DNA of 64,000 nucleotides. It comes from Candidatus Omnitrophota bacterium. GTDB lineage: Bacteria; Omnitrophota; Gorgyraeia; Gorgyraeales; Gorgyraeaceae. A program made the position numbers and the translations under genes. Where the stretch lies: assembly GCA_026387235.1 (NCBI GenBank), contig JAPLMD010000069.1, forward strand, positions 26,920 through 90,919, read 5' to 3'. Each line of letters opens with the position of its first letter. Within the stretch, counting starts at the first letter, position 1. Positions 58,200 to 64,000 of this stretch are shown here, in pieces. The notes beneath the pieces were generated by a model that made no database searches, had not been told where the DNA came from, and saw only the letters and a program-made list of their open reading frames with translations.

Positions 58200-58924
58200 T
58201 GTCATATAAGGTGAAGCTAGACGTATTTGAAGGCCCGCTGGATTTATTGTTATATCTTATAAAGAAGAACGAGATAGATATTTACGATATTCCGATAGCG
58301 ACTATTACGGAACAGTATCTGGAATATCTTGAACTCATGCGGATGCTGGATCTCAATATCGCGGGAGAGTTTCTGGTAATTGCCGCAACCCTGATTCACA
58401 TAAAAAGCAAGATGCTTCTTCCGCCTGACGAGAAGGAGCTTTTTCCTGAGGAGGAAGAGGATCCCAGAGAAGAACTTGTGCGCAGGCTCGTGGAATATAA
58501 AAAATTCAAGGAGGTTGCGGGGATTTTACAAGATTTGGAAGGCCAGAGAAAAAAGATGTTCACTAGGGACATCCCTTTTGAGGTTGAACCCGGAGAGGTT
58601 TTCTTTGAGGCAAGTTTATTTGACCTGATAACAGCCTTTACAAGGGTACTTAAGGATGTTCCAAAAGAGATATTTCAGGAGATCATAAAGGACGAATTTA
58701 CCGTTGAACAAAAGGTGCACGACCTTTTGCATAGGTTAATAGCTGCTCCCGTAATCAGCCTTTTTGAACTTTTTAAGAATTCCAAAAATAAGCCTGAGAT
58801 AATAGCCACGTTTTTGGCAGTGCTGGAGCTTATAAGATTAAAAGAGATAATAGTTATACAGAAGCAGAATTTCAGCGACATAGAAATCGTACGGAACGAA
58901 AAACACAGGTTGAATATAGAATAA
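58199..58924 (+). CDS. scpA: Segregation and condensation protein A (kleisin)
   Basis: Size, acidic central region and position before scpB. N-terminus …FEGPLDLLLYLIKKNEIDIYDIPIA. Confidence 0.85.
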   Translation: MSYKVKLDVFEGPLDLLLYLIKKNEIDIYDIPIATITEQYLEYLELMRMLDLNIAGEFLVIAATLIHIKSKMLLPPDEKELFPEEEEDPREELVRRLVEYKKFKEVAGILQDLEGQRKKMFTRDIPFEVEPGEVFFEASLFDLITAFTRVLKDVPKEIFQEIIKDEFTVEQKVHDLLHRLIAAPVISLFELFKNSKNKPEIIATFLAVLELIRLKEIIVIQKQNFSDIEIVRNEKHRLNIE

Positions 58925-58952
58925 TTATAAAGGCAAGGGCCGGATCAAAACC

Positions 58953-59576
58953 ATGGATAAGGCGCAGATAAAAAATATAATAGAAGCAATGCTTTTCGTA
59001 AGCGACAAGCCTTTATTCTTGAGCGAGATAAAAAGTGTCCTTGAAGGGTCTAATGTAAATGAGATAAAGGAAGTCATAGCTGAATTGGCAGGCGAGTTTG
59101 AGACGCATGGCCGGGCATTGAGGGTTAAAGAGATCGCCGGAGGTTATCAGATTGTAACTGATCCTGTGCTTGCGCCGTGGCTCAAAAAATTATATAAGAC
59201 AGCAGGTTCTGACAGGCTTTCCGGGCCCAGCCTTGAGACTCTGGCTATAATAGCGTATAAACAGCCTGCTTCTAAGCCTGAGATAGAGGCGATAAGAGGC
59301 GTGAATGTCGACGGTGTATTAAAGACGCTGATTGAAAAAAATCTTGTAAAGATCATGGGTAGAAGAGAGACAGTGGGAAGGCCCATTATTTACGGCACCA
59401 CCCAGGAATTTCTGCAGTATTTCGGGCTGAATTCGCTCGAAGAACTTCCGAGATTAGAAGAGTTTAATTTTACAGAAAAAGATATTGAACTGCCTGAGCA
59501 TCTTCAGAAAGAAGAAGAGGAGTTGAAACAGCAAGAAGGAGGAAAACTAGATGTCCAAGCTAGTGGGACCGCGTAA
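58953..59576 (+). CDS. scpB: Segregation and condensation protein B
   Basis: Winged-helix pair. IIEAMLFVSDKPL N-terminus. 207 aa. Confidence 0.85.
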   Translation: MDKAQIKNIIEAMLFVSDKPLFLSEIKSVLEGSNVNEIKEVIAELAGEFETHGRALRVKEIAGGYQIVTDPVLAPWLKKLYKTAGSDRLSGPSLETLAIIAYKQPASKPEIEAIRGVNVDGVLKTLIEKNLVKIMGRRETVGRPIIYGTTQEFLQYFGLNSLEELPRLEEFNFTEKDIELPEHLQKEEEELKQQEGGKLDVQASGTA

Positions 59577-60615
59577 AAAAATAAACGAAATAGATAAAAA
59601 GATAATCGCGTTATTGAATGACAGAGCAGGGGTCGCAAAATATATAGGTAAGCTGAAGAAAGACGCGGGCATTTCTATCTATACTCCCGAGAGGGAAGTG
59701 GAGATATACGAGAATATAATAAAAGAAAATAAAGGCCCCTTGCCCAATAAGGCGCTTTTTGCGATATACCGGGAAATTATGTCAGGTTCTCTTGGCCTTG
59801 AGAAAAAATTAAAGATAGCGTATCTTGGGCCTGAAGCAACATTCACGCATCAGGCAGGTATAAAAAAATTCGGGTCAAATGTAGAATATTATGCCTGCCT
59901 GACAATAACCGATGTTTTCAGGGATGTGGAGGCAGGAAGGTCAGATTACGGAGTTGTGCCTGTAGAGAATTCAACAGAAGGCATGATAAGCCATACGCTG
60001 GATATGTTTATAAATTCTGATCTAAAGATATGTTCCGAAATAATGCTAGAGATATCGCACAACCTATTGGGTAAATGCAGCATTAAATCAGTAAAGAAGA
60101 TTTATTCAAAACAGGAAGTGTTCGGCCAGTGCAGGCTATGGCTGGAGATAAATATGCGGGGCATAGCTCTGGCAGAGGTATCTTCAACTAGCAAGGCTGC
60201 GGAGATTGCCTCAAAGGAAAAAAATTCAGCTGCCATAGCCAGCGTGCTGGCAGCTAAAAAATACAGGCTGAATGTGCTCGCGGAAGATGTAGAGGATAAC
60301 CCGAATAATGTTACAAGATTTCTTGTTATAGGAGAGGTGACTCCGCGGCCTACAAAACGAGACAAGACCTCTATAATGTTTTCAGTAAAAGACAGGGTTG
60401 GCGCTTTGCACGATATCCTTGTACCTTTCAAGAAATACAGTATAAATCTTACTAAGATTGAATCAAGGCCTTCCAAAAGAAAGTCGTGGGAATATTATTT
60501 CTTTGTGGATATGATCGGGCACTATGAGAACCCTGGCGTAAAAAAGGCATTGAATGAACTTGAAAAACATTGCTCGTTTTTAAAGATACTGGGCTCTTAT
60601 CCTGTAGGAATCTAA
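59551..60615 (+). CDS. pheA: Bifunctional chorismate mutase/prephenate dehydratase (P-protein) with ACT domain
   Basis: AroQ CM N-domain (INEIDKKIIALLNDRA). PDT domain with the TRF motif (VTRFLVIG). C-terminal ACT. Confidence 0.85.
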   Translation: MSKLVGPRKKINEIDKKIIALLNDRAGVAKYIGKLKKDAGISIYTPEREVEIYENIIKENKGPLPNKALFAIYREIMSGSLGLEKKLKIAYLGPEATFTHQAGIKKFGSNVEYYACLTITDVFRDVEAGRSDYGVVPVENSTEGMISHTLDMFINSDLKICSEIMLEISHNLLGKCSIKSVKKIYSKQEVFGQCRLWLEINMRGIALAEVSSTSKAAEIASKEKNSAAIASVLAAKKYRLNVLAEDVEDNPNNVTRFLVIGEVTPRPTKRDKTSIMFSVKDRVGALHDILVPFKKYSINLTKIESRPSKRKSWEYYFFVDMIGHYENPGVKKALNELEKHCSFLKILGSYPVGI

Positions 60616-60652
60616 TAACCTTTCCGATTCGAAGCCGGGAATAGGAAGAACT

Positions 60653-61750
60653 ATGTTACCGAGAAAAGCTATTTTAAATGTAAAGCCATACCAGCCTGGT
60701 AAACCTATTGAAGAAGTCAAGAGAGAGTTGGGTTTACAGGATGTTATAAAAATGGCTTCAAATGAAAATCCGTTAGGGCCTTCTCCTAAGGCTGTGGCTG
60801 CTATAAGGAAATATCTGGGGAATATAAACAGATACCCTGAGGGGGGTTGTTTTTATCTGCGTCAGGCAGTTGCAAAGAGATTGAAAATAAAACCGGAACA
60901 ATTAATTTTCGGAAACGGTTCCGATGAGCTTATAGAGCTTACATTAAAGGCATTTGTAAATGAAGGAGACGATGTGGTTGTCGCAAGCCCGACTTTTCTC
61001 ATGTATGAGGTGGCTTCTACGGCACATGGCGCAAAGATAAAAGTTGTGCCTATGCGTTATTTTAAATATGATTTAAAAGCCATGAAGGATGCGATAAATA
61101 AAAACACCAAAGCGGTATTTATAGCAAACCCTGATAATCCGAACGGCACGTATGTCGCGAGACACGAGCTTGAGGATTTTTTAAAGGGTTTGCCTGGCGA
61201 GACAATAGTTTTTCTTGACGAGGCGTATTTTGAGTTTGTGGAAGAGCAGGATTACCCCAATGGCCTTGATTATCTTGGTAAAAACAATATCATAGTTACC
61301 AGGACGTTTTCAAAGGTATACGGTCTTGCGGGCTTAAGGGTTGGATATGGCGTATCAAGCCCGGAAATAATAAAGTATATGGAGGCTGTCAGGGATCCTT
61401 TTAACGTGAATTCGCTCGGCCAGATAGGCGCCATAGCAGCATTGAAGGACAAGGAGTTTTTGTCAAAGTCTAAAAAGGCGGCGAGGGATGGTAAAAAGTT
61501 TTTGTATTCTGAATTAAAGGCAATGGGCGTGAGGTACGTGCCGAGCGTGACTAATTTTATATTGATAGAGCTTGGGCCGGAATCATGCGAGGTTACGGAA
61601 AAACTTTTAAAGAAAGGCGTGATTGTCAGAAACATGAAGGCATGGGGCCTGGAGAATTTTATACGCGTGACTGTAGGCAAAGAATCGGAGAACAAGAGGT
61701 TTATCAGGGAATTAAAGGAGGTTTTTAATGATTATAGTCTTGCGTCCTGA
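60653..61750 (+). CDS. hisC: Histidinol-phosphate aminotransferase (or aromatic aminotransferase, given context)
   Basis: ASNENPLGPSPKA N-motif. PLP-lysine region TFSKVYGLAGLRVGYG. Sits among aromatic-amino-acid genes. Confidence 0.85.
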   Translation: MLPRKAILNVKPYQPGKPIEEVKRELGLQDVIKMASNENPLGPSPKAVAAIRKYLGNINRYPEGGCFYLRQAVAKRLKIKPEQLIFGNGSDELIELTLKAFVNEGDDVVVASPTFLMYEVASTAHGAKIKVVPMRYFKYDLKAMKDAINKNTKAVFIANPDNPNGTYVARHELEDFLKGLPGETIVFLDEAYFEFVEEQDYPNGLDYLGKNNIIVTRTFSKVYGLAGLRVGYGVSSPEIIKYMEAVRDPFNVNSLGQIGAIAALKDKEFLSKSKKAARDGKKFLYSELKAMGVRYVPSVTNFILIELGPESCEVTEKLLKKGVIVRNMKAWGLENFIRVTVGKESENKRFIRELKEVFNDYSLAS

Positions 61751-62741
61751 TGCGACAAAAAAACAGATAGACCATTTAATAGAAAAGGTTAAGAAACTAG
61801 GGCTAAAGCCAATGGTTTCAAAAGGCGTAGAGCGTACGATTATAGGCGTCATAGGCGAGGAAGACGTCTTAAGGGTGCAGCCGCTGGAGGCATTTCCAGG
61901 CGTTGAGAAGGTAATGCCCATCCTGAAGCCCTATAAGCTTGTGTCCAGGGAATTTAAGCCTGAAAATAGTATCGTGGATGTTGAAGGCGTGAAGATAGGC
62001 GGAAAAAAGATAGTTATTATGGCAGGGCCTTGCTCTGTGGAGAATTTTGACATGCTCCTAGATATAGGCAAGAAAGTAAAAAAAGCAGGAGCCAGTATTC
62101 TAAGAGGAGGAGCGTTTAAGCCTAGGAGTTCGCCTTACAGTTTTCAAGGGCTGGGAGAAGAAGGCCTTAAATTTTTAAGAGACGTAAAAAAAGAAACAGG
62201 CCTTAAGATTGTTACCGAGGTGATGGATACGCGCGATGTGTGGATGGTTGAAAAATATGCGGATATCCTTCAGGTAGGCGCGCGCAACATGCAGAATTTT
62301 AATTTACTTAAAGAGGTTGGGCTATCCAAAAAGCCGGTGCTTTTAAAAAGAGGCATGTCTGCTACGGTGAAAGAATTTCTTATGTCAGCTGAATATATAT
62401 TGGCGGCCGGAAATTTCAACTGCATACTCTGCGAAAGAGGCATAAGGACCTTTGAAGATGCCACTAGATTTACTCTGGATCTTAACGCAGTCCCTCTTAT
62501 TAAGCAGCTGAGCCATCTGCCGGTTATTGTGGATCCCAGCCATGGGACAGGCAAATGGGATCTTGTTGATCCGATGGCAAGGGCAGCGATTGCCTCAGGC
62601 GCGGACGGTTTGATTGTAGAGGTTCATCCGAATCCTGAAGAGGCGTTATCTGACGGAGAAGAGTCTCTTATGCCGTACAGATTTGACGCCATGATGAAAG
62701 GGCTTAAGACAATAGCTAAAGCTATTAACCGCAGGATATGA
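61728..62741 (+). CDS. 3-deoxy-7-phosphoheptulonate (DAHP) synthase, type I-beta with N-terminal ferredoxin-like regulatory domain
   Basis: N-terminal ACT-like MIIVLRPDATKKQIDHLIEKVKKLGL. Catalytic GPCSVEN…LRGGAFKPRSSPYSFQGLG. Confidence 0.85.
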   Translation: MIIVLRPDATKKQIDHLIEKVKKLGLKPMVSKGVERTIIGVIGEEDVLRVQPLEAFPGVEKVMPILKPYKLVSREFKPENSIVDVEGVKIGGKKIVIMAGPCSVENFDMLLDIGKKVKKAGASILRGGAFKPRSSPYSFQGLGEEGLKFLRDVKKETGLKIVTEVMDTRDVWMVEKYADILQVGARNMQNFNLLKEVGLSKKPVLLKRGMSATVKEFLMSAEYILAAGNFNCILCERGIRTFEDATRFTLDLNAVPLIKQLSHLPVIVDPSHGTGKWDLVDPMARAAIASGADGLIVEVHPNPEEALSDGEESLMPYRFDAMMKGLKTIAKAINRRI

Positions 62742-63574
62742 TGTTTAATAAGATAACTATTATAGGTTTGGGGTTGATTGGCGGATCGCTGGCTCTTGCG
62801 ATAAAAGAAAAGAAACTTGCAAAAGAGATTGCAGGGGTTTCAAGAAGGAAAAGCACTATTGACCGCGCTATTGAGAATAAAATAGTAGATTTCGCTACGC
62901 TGAATCTGAAAGATGGAGTGAAGGATTCAGATCTTGTAATTATCGCTGCTCCTGTTTTAAGAATAGCAGCTATAGCAAAACTAGCAGCCCCTTTTTTAAA
63001 AAAAGACGCTATCCTTACCGATGCCGGCAGCACAAAAAGATACATACTGAAGTATATAGAAAAAAGCGGATTTAAAAGCGTAAATTTTGTAGGCAGCCAC
63101 CCTATCGCGGGTTCTGAAAAATCAGGTATTAAATCCGCGAATAAAGATTTATTTGAAAAGTCATGCTGTATTTTAACAAAAACAAAAAATACAAATCCAA
63201 AAACGATCGTCAAGCTTAAAAAATTCTGGCGCAAGCTTGGGATGCAGGTTGCAATAATGTCTCCCCAGATGCACGATAAAATACTTTCAGAGATAAGCCA
63301 TATGCCTCACGCGGTCAGCGTCAGCCTTGTAAATTCTGTGGGGAAAAATAGTCTAAAGCTCGCAGCGGGAGGGTTTAAGGATATCACGAGAATTGCATCC
63401 GGCGAGCCGGAACTTTGGAAAGATATATTTTTGACAAATAGAGATAATCTGGTAAAAGATATAGAGATATTAAAGAAAGAATTATCTAAGATACAGATAG
63501 CTTTGAAAAATAATGATGAAGCATGTTTGTTAAAGCTTCTTGGCAATGCCAAAGTTATTAGAGATTCTCTATAA
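62738..63574 (+). CDS. tyrA: Prephenate/arogenate dehydrogenase
   Basis: NAD-binding ITIIGLGLIGGSLA. Catalytic GSHPIAG. Confidence 0.85.
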   Translation: MMFNKITIIGLGLIGGSLALAIKEKKLAKEIAGVSRRKSTIDRAIENKIVDFATLNLKDGVKDSDLVIIAAPVLRIAAIAKLAAPFLKKDAILTDAGSTKRYILKYIEKSGFKSVNFVGSHPIAGSEKSGIKSANKDLFEKSCCILTKTKNTNPKTIVKLKKFWRKLGMQVAIMSPQMHDKILSEISHMPHAVSVSLVNSVGKNSLKLAAGGFKDITRIASGEPELWKDIFLTNRDNLVKDIEILKKELSKIQIALKNNDEACLLKLLGNAKVIRDSL

Positions 63575-64000
63575 TGATATATTTTATTTCCAGAAATATA
63601 TTAAAACTGCTCTTTAAAATATGTTTCAGGCTCAGGATAGCAGGTTCTGAAAATTGTCCCAGGAATGGGCCGCTGATTATTGCGTTGAATCATGCGAGTT
63701 TTCTTGATCCTTTAATAGCGGGTTTTGCTGTGCCGCGGGCACTGAATTTCATGGCGCGCGACAGCCTTTTCAGGAATAAAATTTTTGGCAAGATGCTAAT
63801 GTCAGTAAACGCATTTCCTTTAAGGCGGGAAGGCGCGGATCTGGGAGCTATGAAGCTGGCCATAGATAAATTATGCCAAGGGAAAGCAGTTTTGATTTTT
63901 CCTGAAGGGACTCGTTCAAAAGACGGCAATCTTGGGACTCCAAGAGCCGGCATAGGGTTTTTGGCAGCTAGTTCAGGAGCAAGTATATTGCCGTGTTATA
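63574..64000 (+). CDS. plsC: 1-acyl-sn-glycerol-3-phosphate acyltransferase (3'-partial, runs off window)
   Basis: NHASFLD (HX4D) and FPEGTRS motifs. ATG overlaps the tyrA stop (TAATG). Confidence 0.8.
   Translation, partial: MIYFISRNILKLLFKICFRLRIAGSENCPRNGPLIIALNHASFLDPLIAGFAVPRALNFMARDSLFRNKIFGKMLMSVNAFPLRREGADLGAMKLAIDKLCQGKAVLIFPEGTRSKDGNLGTPRAGIGFLAASSGASILPCY

Overview
AT-rich bacterial chromosomal window; all ~45 supported genes are on the + strand. Cell-envelope genes imply a diderm organism with LPS: a YfhO-like membrane protein with a GT2 glycosyltransferase, lpxL-family acyltransferase, lptA/lptC-like and lptB, cdsA, uppS, an OmpA-like lipoprotein. These plus the giant genes suggest an uncultivated lineage, perhaps Omnitrophota-like, but phylum is not asserted.

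1-27.2 kb holds a type IV pilus block (four prepilin-type minor pilins, a PilM-PilN fusion, PilO, PilP-like) and housekeeping genes: tig (lacking the PPIase domain), clpP, a class-V aminotransferase with serA, an IPMS/homocitrate-synthase-family gene, purA, a membrane H+/Na+-pyrophosphatase, dxr, rseP, ispG, proS. 53.3-64 kb holds rimP-nusA-infB, trpS, scpA, scpB, pheA, hisC, a type-Ibeta DAHP synthase, tyrA and the start of plsC.

The exceptional region is 27.2-53.3 kb, a six-gene array inserted between proS and rimP. Five genes encode proteins (the largest 2956, 1906 and 1537 aa) with a shared, unusually conserved N-terminal Sec-type signal peptide followed by an SxFKNK(K-I/V-DYQK) motif. 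Three also carry a paralogous ~560-aa N-terminal domain of unknown function. Fused C-terminally are recognisable sugar-phosphate enzyme domains: phosphoglucomutase-like in gene 3; phosphoglucose-isomerase-like plus two tandem class-I FBPase domains in gene 4 (the C-terminal one very well conserved); a standalone SIS/PGI-like protein in gene 5; a HAD DxDGT domain in gene 6. Gene 1 additionally has a class-I SAM amino-methyltransferase domain (DLTCGTG ... FTPPF), a cytidylate-kinase-like P-loop domain and a weak NTP-transferase-like stretch. A ~240-aa module is shared between the C-terminal parts of genes 1 and 6.

Genes 1 and 3 are preceded by near-identical consensus sigma70-type promoters (TTGACA-17-TATACT). 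Gene 2 is preceded by a decayed copy of the proS 3' end. The array therefore grew by tandem segmental duplication of the [proS-tail + promoter + N-domain] unit. This looks like an undescribed family of exported multi-enzyme giant proteins.
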